Below, piece by piece: positions 8,524-16,515 of a stretch of 32,000 nucleotides of DNA. The position numbers were made by a program, and so were the translations under genes. The stretch's first letter is position 1. Each line of letters begins with the position of its first letter. Source of the stretch: a virus; the IMG/VR virus record IMGVR_UViG_3300045970_000175, positions 12,478-44,477 of that record. One strand, given 5' to 3'. Below the pieces are notes generated by a model. It was not told the origin of the DNA. It was given only the letters and a program-made list of their open reading frames with translations, and ran no database searches.

Positions 8524-10284
8524 ATGACAGGTTATTACGAGCCAACTGGTTTGGCTCTGGACATTTTCACTCAGCGATACGCTATTCATAAAACAGAGAC
8601 TTTCCACGAGGCTTGTGATCGTGTCGCTTATCACATGGCTCAAGCAGAACAAGGTGAGAACATCGCAAAGTATAAGCAAGAGTTTTCAGATCTCCTAAAG
8701 AAGAACCACTTCTTTCCTGGTGGTCGCATCATGCACGGCTCTGGTCGTCCCAAGGGTCAGTTGCTAAACTGCTTCGTCGTCCCCACTCATGATAGCCGTG
8801 AAGGCTGGGGCAAGTTGGCGTCTGATGTCATTGTCATTTCTGGGTTGGGTGGAGGAGTGGGCACGAACTACTCACCTATTCGTCCTCGTAACTCTATCAT
8901 CAACGGCACTGGTGGTTTCGCAACCGGGTCTGTCAGCCTGATGATGGGTATCAATGGATGGGGGAAGCAGATCAAGGGTGGTGGCGGTCGGCGTGTCGCG
9001 CTAATGATGACACTGGGCTTCTCACACGGTGACATTCAAGAGTTCCTGGACGCGAAGTTGGATCTCAATGAGCTAAATAACGCAAACGTCAGTGTTAACT
9101 TCGATGAAGACCCAGAGGTCTTCTTTGAGAAGGTTAAGAAAGACGAAGAGTATGAACTAAAGCATAATGGCAAGGTCGTTGGCAGGATCTCAGCAAAGAA
9201 GATCTGGTCAAAGATTATCGTCAATGCTCTAAAGGGCGGTGAGCCAGGTATCCTTAACGGCTATCTTGCAAACAAGATGAACAACGTTTGGTACTATGCT
9301 CAGCTTATCTCTACAAATCCATGTGGTGAGATTTGGCTTGCAGAATACGACTGCTGCTGCTTAGGCGCTCTGGTGCTGCCACGGTTTGTTAAGGAAGATA
9401 GTAAGGAGATCGATTGGGATGCGCTGAAGAGGGCCACAACACTTGGAGTGAGGTTCCTAGATAACGTATTAAGCGTCAACAGCTATCCGCTGCCCGAGAT
9501 CAAGGATCAGTGTTCAAATCTTCGTCGTATTGGTCTTGGCGTGACGGGACTTCACGACATGCTTCTCAAGATGGGCTACAAGTATAGCTCGTCTGCTGGT
9601 CTTGAGTTCGTTGATAAGGTAATGGACAAGATCAAGAACTGGGCATACGAAGCAAGCACTGATCTCGCTGAAGAGAAGGGTGCATTCCCCAAGTTTGATC
9701 CTGAGCAGTTCGTCAAGAGTGGTTTCTGCAAGACGCTGAAGCCTTCGCTTCGTGAACGCATCAAGACAAAGGGAATGAGGAACTGTGCTCTACTTACTGT
9801 TGCACCTGTCGGCACTGGTAGTATGGTTTGCGATACATCTTCAGGTATTGAACCAATGTTCGCACCTGCATACAAGAGAAAGTTCCGCAAGGAAGACGTA
9901 CTACAGGAAGAAGTAGTAATCCACCCTCTCTTTGCGCGTTTCATTCTGGATGGCAAGGGCGTCAAGCATTTCCAAGGTGCTCATGACCTGAAGGTTCGTG
10001 ACCACTTCGAGATGCAGCGTACTGTTCAACGCCACATCGACAACGCTGTTAGCAAGACGATTAATCTTCCACCGGGTGTCAAGGAGCAAGAACTTTCTGA
10101 CCTCTACATGGAATACTTCCCAGAGTTGAAGGGCGTCACAGTCTATCCTGACGGAAGTCGTGAAGACCAGCCTCTCACACCCATGGATCTTGACGATGCA
10201 GTCAAGTATGCTAGAGATAATCCTATGGCAACGCTCGGAGCAAGTGGTCTCGACAACTGTCGCGATGGAAAGTGTGACATTTAG
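8524..10284 (+). CDS. nrdJ: ribonucleotide reductase large chain, probably class II (B12-dependent)
   Basis: Finger-loop STNPCGEIWL, TVAPVGTGS, and a C-terminal redox Cys pair CRDGKC. It is 586 aa, and no NrdB-like ferritin ORF occurs anywhere in the window. Confidence 0.8.
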   Translation: MTGYYEPTGLALDIFTQRYAIHKTETFHEACDRVAYHMAQAEQGENIAKYKQEFSDLLKKNHFFPGGRIMHGSGRPKGQLLNCFVVPTHDSREGWGKLASDVIVISGLGGGVGTNYSPIRPRNSIINGTGGFATGSVSLMMGINGWGKQIKGGGGRRVALMMTLGFSHGDIQEFLDAKLDLNELNNANVSVNFDEDPEVFFEKVKKDEEYELKHNGKVVGRISAKKIWSKIIVNALKGGEPGILNGYLANKMNNVWYYAQLISTNPCGEIWLAEYDCCCLGALVLPRFVKEDSKEIDWDALKRATTLGVRFLDNVLSVNSYPLPEIKDQCSNLRRIGLGVTGLHDMLLKMGYKYSSSAGLEFVDKVMDKIKNWAYEASTDLAEEKGAFPKFDPEQFVKSGFCKTLKPSLRERIKTKGMRNCALLTVAPVGTGSMVCDTSSGIEPMFAPAYKRKFRKEDVLQEEVVIHPLFARFILDGKGVKHFQGAHDLKVRDHFEMQRTVQRHIDNAVSKTINLPPGVKEQELSDLYMEYFPELKGVTVYPDGSREDQPLTPMDLDDAVKYARDNPMATLGASGLDNCRDGKCDI

Positions 10285-10309
10285 TTGGTATTTGTAGTAG
10301 AATGGCTTT

Positions 10310-10570
10310 ATGGCACAGAAAAAGTTTAATAGGGTCACAAAACTATACTGCTTTGATGAACAACTCAAAAGCATGGCTAGTGTGTGGCGGTGGGAATGCA
10401 ACTTTTGTTGTGGCGAAGAGCCAGCGCTAGATGCATGGCGTCATAAGTGTAGAGATCTATGCGAGTGTGGCCATGCTACCCACCAGCCGAAGAAGTGTCG
10501 TGGTAAAACATACAGACGGTGGGTCGATGGTTGCCATTGCAACATCCCCGCTCTGACATACGAGATCTAG
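10310..10570 (+). CDS. Cys/His-rich small protein
   Basis: Multiple CxxC/CxC/HxxxxxC clusters (CNFCCG, CRDLCECGH, CHC). No family recognised. Confidence 0.4.
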   Translation: MAQKKFNRVTKLYCFDEQLKSMASVWRWECNFCCGEEPALDAWRHKCRDLCECGHATHQPKKCRGKTYRRWVDGCHCNIPALTYEI

Positions 10571-10577
10571 AAAGGCA

Positions 10578-11063
10578 ATGCGCTTGGATTTTGATTGGAG
10601 AAGACACCTCATTACTGTTGGTAAACCTGGTGTCTGCGTTTTCTGCAATTCTGGGTTTGTTGGTCGCAGTAAATTGTATTGTTCTACTGCATGCTACTGG
10701 AAAAGCAAATCTAAAGGACGTAACATAAGTTATGGCAATAGAACGTGTAAAGGTTGTGATGTTTCTTTTGAAGCTAAAGCGTCTAGACATTATTTTTGTG
10801 ACGAGTGCAAAGAAAGTCCAATACCAACGTGGATCGCACGATACAAAATAACTGGACAACAAATTAGAGAGCTTTTTGAAAAGAGGGATGGTCTTTGCTT
10901 TCTTTGTGACAATGTAGCAAAATACATCGATCATAATCATCAAACTGGTAAAGTTAGAGGTGTGCTTTGCCCTCATTGTAATACTGCTCTTGGAAGAGTT
11001 GATGTTCCTGGGTGGCTTGAAAAGACAAACAAGTATTTGAGTGGAGAAATAAATGGATCTTAG
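10578..11063 (+). CDS. recombination endonuclease VII family protein with N-terminal zinc ribbon
   Basis: CFLCDNVAKYIDHNHQTGKVRGVLCPHCNTALG matches the T4 endo VII signature (CxxC...DHxHxTGxxRGxLCxxCN). The N-terminal CVFCNSGF...CSTACYWKS resembles the N-termini of the two HNH genes. Confidence 0.85.
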   Translation: MRLDFDWRRHLITVGKPGVCVFCNSGFVGRSKLYCSTACYWKSKSKGRNISYGNRTCKGCDVSFEAKASRHYFCDECKESPIPTWIARYKITGQQIRELFEKRDGLCFLCDNVAKYIDHNHQTGKVRGVLCPHCNTALGRVDVPGWLEKTNKYLSGEINGS

Positions 11064-11973
11064 ACATCATCATCTTTTTTCGCATAGTGGTTGCATGGAT
11101 GGCAGCGGAGCTGCTATTTTGTTCAGACACGCCGGTGGAGACCCGAAGAACATTCATTGGACACCCGCAGGACATCTTGGAGAAGTTCTTGCTGAAGCTG
11201 CTGTAACGAAGAACCCTAACATTCCCATCCTTATCGTAGACGTAGCGCCTGAGAATGAAGATGTGGCTGTGTTCCTACACGAGAGAGGAAACTTCAAGGT
11301 TATTGACCATCATGGAAGTGCTGCTCAATTCCATGGTCGTCCTGGATACGAAGTTCCATTGAAGAATGAAGCCTGTGGAACTGAGTTGTTCCGTCGTTGG
11401 CTCGTTGCAAGTGGAATGGGCTTGTTTGCTGATAAGCCGTTTGAGAGACTTGCTCTGATGATTGATGACCACGATCGTTGGGTGCTAGAGAAGCCCATGT
11501 CAATCCAGATGCCTCGCTTCTTCGCATTTACGGGACAGCAGGAGTTCATCGAGAGGTTCATGGACGTAAGAGTTCGTTTCTCAGAAGAAAAAGACTTCTA
11601 CTGGAATGAATTCGAGAAGCAAATGCTCCAGTTGATCGAAAGAGCACAGGCTCGTCGCTTCAGCAAGCTGATGGATAAGTTCATCGTGAAGCCAGTTAAG
11701 TTTGGTGATAGAGAGATTAAGATTGGCTACATAATCTCAGCAGAGGTGAACTGTTCAGAGCTGCTGCACGAGTATCTTAAACTTCACCCAGAAGTTGATC
11801 TATCGTGTCAGATTAACATTGACCTCAGCAAGGTAAGTCTAAGGTCTATTGATAAGGCAGACATCACAGAGTTCGTCAAGCCATTTAAGGGTGGTGGTCA
11901 CAAGAATGCAGGTGGTCACGGATTGCCAGATGGATTGAACGATTTCATAATTCGGAGCACTCATGGCGCGTAG
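11053..11973 (+). CDS. DHH/DHHA1 family phosphoesterase (RecJ/NrnA-like)
   Basis: Motifs HSGCMDGSGAA (I), LIVDVAP (II), VIDHHGS (III, DHH) and the DHHA1 motif GGGHKNAGGH. Confidence 0.8.
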   Translation: MDLRHHHLFSHSGCMDGSGAAILFRHAGGDPKNIHWTPAGHLGEVLAEAAVTKNPNIPILIVDVAPENEDVAVFLHERGNFKVIDHHGSAAQFHGRPGYEVPLKNEACGTELFRRWLVASGMGLFADKPFERLALMIDDHDRWVLEKPMSIQMPRFFAFTGQQEFIERFMDVRVRFSEEKDFYWNEFEKQMLQLIERAQARRFSKLMDKFIVKPVKFGDREIKIGYIISAEVNCSELLHEYLKLHPEVDLSCQINIDLSKVSLRSIDKADITEFVKPFKGGGHKNAGGHGLPDGLNDFIIRSTHGA

Positions 11974-12937
11974 TTTCTTTGGCGAAAACTTCGACGTGTT
12001 GTTTAGTGGCTTGTGCAAGAAAATTGTAGAATTCCCGGATTATACTTGCAAGCCACGCGGTCAAGTCATCAAGGAATTGATTGCTCCCACTCTTACTCTT
12101 ACTAATCCTCGTGCTCGCATCCTTGCTTCTCCAGAGCGTGCTGCAGATTACGGCTTTGGTGTCGGTGAGTTCTTCTGGTATTGGCTCGGCAAACAGGACG
12201 TCGAGTCGATGCTCTACTACAACAAGAGGATGGGTCAGTTCAGCGACAACGGCTTTACACTCAACTCTGCTTATGGGCATCGTACTCGTAAGATGACGTT
12301 TGATGTAGACGGTGTCGACACAGCGTACTCAACGCAATGGGATGCTGTGAAGAGAACATTGTTTGAAGACCCTGATAGTCGTCGTGCTATTCTAATCATT
12401 GGTATGCCACAGGATTACACTGTCGGAGCGTATCAGCCGTCCAAGGACCTACCTTGCACTCTCTCTTTACAGTTCTTCATCAGAGAGAATGAACTTCATC
12501 TTCATACAACGATGCGAAGCAATGATGCTTTCTGGGGTCTCACTTACGACCTCTTTAGTTTCACTCTGCTTCAGGAATGCATGATGCTTGAGTTGCAGGC
12601 TGCTGGGATGACTGACTTGAATCTTGGCATGTATACGCACACCGCAGGGTCACTGCACATTTATGATCGTCACTTTGCACAGGCATCTGCAGTAGCAGAC
12701 ACCTATTTAAAGATAGGGAGCATCTCCGCAGAGCCGATGCTCCCACTCTCCCTTGAGGAACTCGCCTCATTAGCAGAGCAGGAAACGGCATTGCGCACCG
12801 GAAAGGTGGCCGAAATTGGCGAAACTCAGTTCAGTAGCGGGGTTAGATGGATGGCTATTCAACTGAATGCTCATCGTCGTAAAAGAGACGCAGAAAATGC
12901 AAATCAAATGCCAAAATTGTCTAAAGATAACAGATAA
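11963..12937 (+). CDS. ThyA-superfamily pyrimidine deoxynucleotide C5-transferase, closest to T4 gp42 dCMP hydroxymethylase
   Basis: GEFFWYW (catalytic Glu), NSAYG, DPDSRRAILII, catalytic Cys in DLPCTLSLQFFI, MRSNDAFWGLTYD and AGSLHIYDRHF. Asp sits 8 residues after the RSxD Asp, where thymidylate synthases have Asn. About 90 extra C-terminal residues. Confidence 0.75.
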   Translation: MARSFFGENFDVLFSGLCKKIVEFPDYTCKPRGQVIKELIAPTLTLTNPRARILASPERAADYGFGVGEFFWYWLGKQDVESMLYYNKRMGQFSDNGFTLNSAYGHRTRKMTFDVDGVDTAYSTQWDAVKRTLFEDPDSRRAILIIGMPQDYTVGAYQPSKDLPCTLSLQFFIRENELHLHTTMRSNDAFWGLTYDLFSFTLLQECMMLELQAAGMTDLNLGMYTHTAGSLHIYDRHFAQASAVADTYLKIGSISAEPMLPLSLEELASLAEQETALRTGKVAEIGETQFSSGVRWMAIQLNAHRRKRDAENANQMPKLSKDNR

Positions 12938-13463
12938 GAGACGTGGCACTAAATTTTGTTCTCTTGAATGCTATTGGGAAGACAAAGAAGGAAGTTCAGC
13001 GTCACAGTATCACAAGGATGCTATGTCTGCTGGTTTGATTGGCAGGAAACTTTCTGCAGAGCATAAACAAAAACTATCTAGAAGAGGACCTGCTCATTGG
13101 AGATGGAACGACGACAGAGCAGATCAACAAAATAGAAATAGACTAGCAAAAGCGTATAGGACATTAATAGGAAGAACACTTGGGTGGAAAAAGCAGAATA
13201 AGACGAATGTCGAACTGGGATACTCTTCATCTGACTTGAGAATACATCTCGAGAAACTGTTTGTTGATGGTATGAGTTGGAATAATCACGGAAAAGGACA
13301 TGGAAAGTGGCACATAGATCATGTGCAACCAATAAGTTCTTTTGAGTTAGGCACGCCTCCCGACATCGTGAATGCTCTATCAAACTTACAGCCGCTATGG
13401 GAAGAAGATAACTTAAGTAAGGGCGGAGTTGGAAACGGAAATAAGTATGGCAAAACTAAGTAG
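12897..13463 (+). CDS. HNH homing endonuclease, paralogue of 6476-7135
   Basis: KWHIDHVQPISSFELGTPPDIVNALSNLQPLWEEDNLSKGG, with an N-terminal CQNCLK...CSLECYWEDK ribbon. ATG 12897 is preferred; the track start ATG 12867 would overlap the preceding gene further. Confidence 0.85.
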   Translation: MQIKCQNCLKITDKRRGTKFCSLECYWEDKEGSSASQYHKDAMSAGLIGRKLSAEHKQKLSRRGPAHWRWNDDRADQQNRNRLAKAYRTLIGRTLGWKKQNKTNVELGYSSSDLRIHLEKLFVDGMSWNNHGKGHGKWHIDHVQPISSFELGTPPDIVNALSNLQPLWEEDNLSKGGVGNGNKYGKTK

Positions 13464-13938
13464 CGTCGTCGGATTTGATCAGTGGCAGAACGTCTCAACG
13501 AACATCGTAGAAAGAGGGATGCAGAGCGAGAACGACAGGTGGGATCCGGCGACAGTAATCGGGCTCAAGTCGTCTGACAGAGTTCTTGTAGTTGGCAACG
13601 CAGCATTCTTGCCATGGTTGTCTACCATCTTCAACCACAACGAAAACAATCTTGTATCTGTTCGCAAGGTCTCAGAAATCGAGACACGCCTACACGAAGG
13701 TGAGCAGTTTGACAAGGTTATTCTTGCTCGTGAGACATCATACTCTCACGACCATGTTCTTCGTGCTGGTGCTTTCGGTGCTCAACTCATCTATTTCCCG
13801 CAGGATGATGGCTGGCAGTTCGAGCAGTCTGTAGAGTTCTATTACCCAGGTGCCAGAGTGTGGAAGTTTGATAGCACCTTTGGTCAGGTTATCATTGCGG
13901 AGCCTCACGGGGCTTCATGGAGAATACTGCATGGCTAA
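13447..13938 (+). CDS. hypothetical protein
   Basis: ATG 13447 (track start TTG 13429). It has weak Rossmann-like strands RVLVVGNAA and FDKVILA. No confident family. Confidence 0.45.
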   Translation: MAKLSSVVGFDQWQNVSTNIVERGMQSENDRWDPATVIGLKSSDRVLVVGNAAFLPWLSTIFNHNENNLVSVRKVSEIETRLHEGEQFDKVILARETSYSHDHVLRAGAFGAQLIYFPQDDGWQFEQSVEFYYPGARVWKFDSTFGQVIIAEPHGASWRILHG

Positions 13939-14146
13939 GTTCAATGTAGAGTATAAATCTGTTGTTGTTCAAAACGACACAACAACAACTACACAATCAA
14001 AGCGTTGTGTCGACGCAATTGGTCTAGCAGAAATACTTGCTTGGGCAAGAGACAACGAGGGGCTGCAGTTCCTCACCATTCGCAGCGTCCCAGAAAAGAC
14101 GCCGGCGCCAATCAAGACGAACCCAGTTAAGCCGGTGGTCAAGTGA
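13931..14146 (+). CDS. hypothetical small protein
   Basis: ATG 13931 overlaps the previous stop (ATGGCTAA). The track start at 13850 would lie inside the upstream CDS. Confidence 0.4.
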   Translation: MAKFNVEYKSVVVQNDTTTTTQSKRCVDAIGLAEILAWARDNEGLQFLTIRSVPEKTPAPIKTNPVKPVVK

Positions 14147-14589
14147 ACGGCGTAGACCCCAAAAATTCTCCAACGATGGAGGACCTCATGGTCACGCCAG
14201 AGTCAATAATTGACGAAAAGTGGGCACCAGATCGTCTTGAACTTATCTTCCTTAAGCAGCGTGAACTCATGGACCAACTTATTCTTTCTGATAAGCTTCC
14301 TGAGTATCCTGTTGACATCACCAGCAAGCACGGTCAACGTCAGATCAAAGAGTTGACGTGGGCGATGGTCGAGGAAATGGCTGAAGCTAGTTACATCCTC
14401 AAGAACCGTGCTCATCGCTTCACTGACCGCACTGACGTTGATTTTGCACACTTCAAGGAAGAGCTCGCTGACGCTCTTGCGTACTTCATTGAAATCTGCG
14501 TCTTCGCAAACATTTCACCGGCAGAGTTGTTTGAAGAGTATTGCGCGAAGAACATTCTTGTGAAGAAGCGCATTCAGGACAGATACTAA
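14143..14589 (+). CDS. MazG-like all-alpha nucleoside triphosphate pyrophosphohydrolase
   Basis: Paired acidic helices WAMVEEMAEASY and FKEELADALAYFIE (ExxE...ExxD pattern). GTG start overlaps the previous stop (GTGA). Confidence 0.6.
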   Translation: MNGVDPKNSPTMEDLMVTPESIIDEKWAPDRLELIFLKQRELMDQLILSDKLPEYPVDITSKHGQRQIKELTWAMVEEMAEASYILKNRAHRFTDRTDVDFAHFKEELADALAYFIEICVFANISPAELFEEYCAKNILVKKRIQDRY

Positions 14590-14590
14590 C

Positions 14591-14662
14591 ATGGCTGGTA
14601 TAATCATCGTCGTGGGATTGCTAGCGCTTTTCTGGTTGTATGTAGAAAGGGATTGGCCGTAA
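14591..14662 (+). CDS. 23-aa hydrophobic micro-ORF (not in the ORF track)
   Basis: ATG 14591 encodes MAGIIIVVGLLALFWLYVERDWP and fills the only gap between two CDS. Its TAA overlaps the next ATG (TAATG at 14660-14664). Confidence 0.35.
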   Translation: MAGIIIVVGLLALFWLYVERDWP

Positions 14663-14904
14663 TGCCAAAGTTTAGAAAGAAGCCAGTTGTCGTTGAAGCA
14701 GAACAGTTCCTTCCACCTAGCATTGTTCCAACCTGCGTTAGTGAAGCACTTGACGCAAATTTTGAACCTGTCTATTTCATCCCAACTCTTGAAGGTCCAA
14801 TGCAGTGTTCTTACGGTGATTGGATCATCACAGGAGTTCATGGTGAAAACTATCCCTGCAAGCCAGACATTTTTAACCTGACGTACGAGCTGGTCAAAGA
14901 ATGA
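14662..14904 (+). CDS. hypothetical protein
   Basis: ATG 14662 (track start TTG 14653). It begins MPKFRKKPVVVEAEQF and contains YGDWIITG, a pattern common in small phage proteins of unknown function. Confidence 0.5.
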   Translation: MPKFRKKPVVVEAEQFLPPSIVPTCVSEALDANFEPVYFIPTLEGPMQCSYGDWIITGVHGENYPCKPDIFNLTYELVKE

Positions 14905-15191
14905 ATAACGACATGGCGAATTCTGTATTCGAGTTTCTGGGTGCTGTTTTCCAGATCAAGAACACGATGCAGATTTACAAAGACAAGGAAGTCAAGGGCG
15001 TCTATTGGCCGGCCTGGATCTTCTTCACTGCTTGGGGTTATTTTAATATCTGGTACTATCCAAGCCTTGATCAGTGGTGGAGTTTCTCTGCTGGAATCCT
15101 CATTGCCTTAGCCAATACAGTGTGGGTTTCGATGGCCTACTATTATGCCGTTCTGAAGCCCCGGCGCCTCCGTGGCGTCATTCAAAAGTAA
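14901..15191 (+). CDS. small three-TM membrane protein (PQ-loop/SemiSWEET-like pattern?)
   Basis: Three hydrophobic segments. FQIKNTMQIYKDKEVKGVYW...WGYFNIWYY loosely resembles PQ-loop proteins. ATGA overlap with the previous gene. Confidence 0.4.
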   Translation: MNNDMANSVFEFLGAVFQIKNTMQIYKDKEVKGVYWPAWIFFTAWGYFNIWYYPSLDQWWSFSAGILIALANTVWVSMAYYYAVLKPRRLRGVIQK

Positions 15192-15206
15192 AGTGCGGAT
15201 ACACCC

Positions 15207-15238
15207 ATGGCCTGCAGAGACAACCCTCTGCAGGCCAT
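15207..15238 (+). terminator. perfect 13-bp hairpin, possible terminator or processing site
   Basis: ATGGCCTGCAGAG - ACAACC - CTCTGCAGGCCAT sits in the 93-nt gap before the exonuclease gene. The following tract (TCTGCTATCT) is only moderately T-rich. Confidence 0.4.
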
Positions 15239-15284
15239 TCTGCTATCTGGGGGATAAACAGGAAGAGGAAGGCTATTTAGAAGT

Positions 15285-16016
15285 ATGAAGATAACAGAAG
15301 CCACCTGGATGTTTCTTGACACTGAAACCACAGGAATACCCAAGACAGGTGAGCCTGATCCTCGTATCATTGAACTTGGATGGGTTATTATAAAAACATT
15401 GCAGGTTGAAGGTGGTCAAGACTTCCTTATCAACCCTGGTGAGCCCATTCCTGAGAAGGTTGTGCAGATAACACACATCACAGACGAAATGGTTGCAGGC
15501 AAGCCAAAGTTTGATGGTGTTGCTGAGACTTTCTTCAAAGACTTTGAAAGAGTTGATTTCATCGCTGCCTACAACGCAAAGTTTGACAAGCAGATGCTTG
15601 ATTTTGAGTTTGCGCAGATTGGTTCAAAACTTCCTGAGAAGATCTGGCTTGACCCACTCATCTGGTCGAGAACTTTTCTTAAAACAACAGATCACAAACT
15701 CGCCACGATGGCCAAGCAGTTCAATGTCAGCCTAGAAAATGCTCACAGAGCAGACGCTGATGCTGCGGCCTCAGCAGAGATAATGATGAAGTTCTTTAGC
15801 TGGGGCGTAGATGAAGCAAACTTTCCAGACGACGTTGAACAACTCAAAGATTTAGAGCAGGGTTGGCTAAGAGGCAACATGCAAACCATGCGTCTTAACA
15901 AGACAATCAAAAACAACTCAACAGGCACTCCTGGGCAAGTTGCTCAGAATGTCTATGACAACTATAATCGCGATAGACTGATGAAACTCGGCAATCGTGG
16001 GAGATACGGCAAATGA
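15285..16016 (+). CDS. dnaQ: DnaQ-like DEDDh 3'-5' exonuclease (Pol III epsilon-like)
   Basis: Exo I FLDTETTG, Exo II AAYNAKFDKQML, Exo III HRADADAAA. Confidence 0.85.
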   Translation: MKITEATWMFLDTETTGIPKTGEPDPRIIELGWVIIKTLQVEGGQDFLINPGEPIPEKVVQITHITDEMVAGKPKFDGVAETFFKDFERVDFIAAYNAKFDKQMLDFEFAQIGSKLPEKIWLDPLIWSRTFLKTTDHKLATMAKQFNVSLENAHRADADAAASAEIMMKFFSWGVDEANFPDDVEQLKDLEQGWLRGNMQTMRLNKTIKNNSTGTPGQVAQNVYDNYNRDRLMKLGNRGRYGK

Positions 16017-16207
16017 GCATGAAAAAACTCTTCATCATCAAAGAAGGTTACGACTCCTACGAGGAAGCCGTTGAAGCAGAGGTTTCTGCAGATGAGGCTC
16101 GTCGTGAGATAGAAAAGCACGGCCTTGAGTGGCAGGAGTTTCTCAATGACGTTGGAATGAAGGACTTGTACACTGGTCAAGAGGTCCTTGACTGGCTGGG
16201 ATACTAA
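16013..16207 (+). CDS. small acidic protein
   Basis: 64 aa, rich in Asp/Glu, with an ATGA overlap. No family recognised. Confidence 0.4.
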   Translation: MSMKKLFIIKEGYDSYEEAVEAEVSADEARREIEKHGLEWQEFLNDVGMKDLYTGQEVLDWLGY

Positions 16208-16212
16208 ATGTC

Positions 16213-16515
16213 ATGGCACTACCGAATGCGTTGAAAAATATTGATAGCACTTGGAAGTCTATTGGCATTATCTTGGGCATTCTTGGTGCTGGCATCTTTG
16301 GTTGGAACTACACGATGGCGCAGGTCAAAGAGACAGCGCAAACAGAAGTTCAAGCAACTGTCAATAAAGAGATGATCGATGGCGCAAAGAAAGCAGCGAA
16401 GGAAGCTGTCGCTGAAGCCATGGCTGAGCAAAAGGCAGAGATGAAGAAGCTTGTTAAGGAAGCAGCGAAGGAAGCTGCCAAGGAAGTTATCAGGCAGCAA
16501 AAGGACGCGCCATGA
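16213..16515 (+). CDS. membrane-anchored coiled-coil protein
   Basis: N-terminal TM segment IGIILGILGAGIFGW followed by A/K/E-rich repeats (AKEAV, AKEAAKEV). Confidence 0.45.
   Translation: MALPNALKNIDSTWKSIGIILGILGAGIFGWNYTMAQVKETAQTEVQATVNKEMIDGAKKAAKEAVAEAMAEQKAEMKKLVKEAAKEAAKEVIRQQKDAP

Noticed and set aside
8524-10284. Possibility that the RNR is a class I alpha mis-called as class II, as has happened for some cyanophage RNRs.
   Set aside because: No ferritin-like NrdB/NrdF ORF exists anywhere in the 32 kb, and the protein ends in a CxxxxC redox tail. Class II is kept as the working call, but it needs a profile or phylogeny check.
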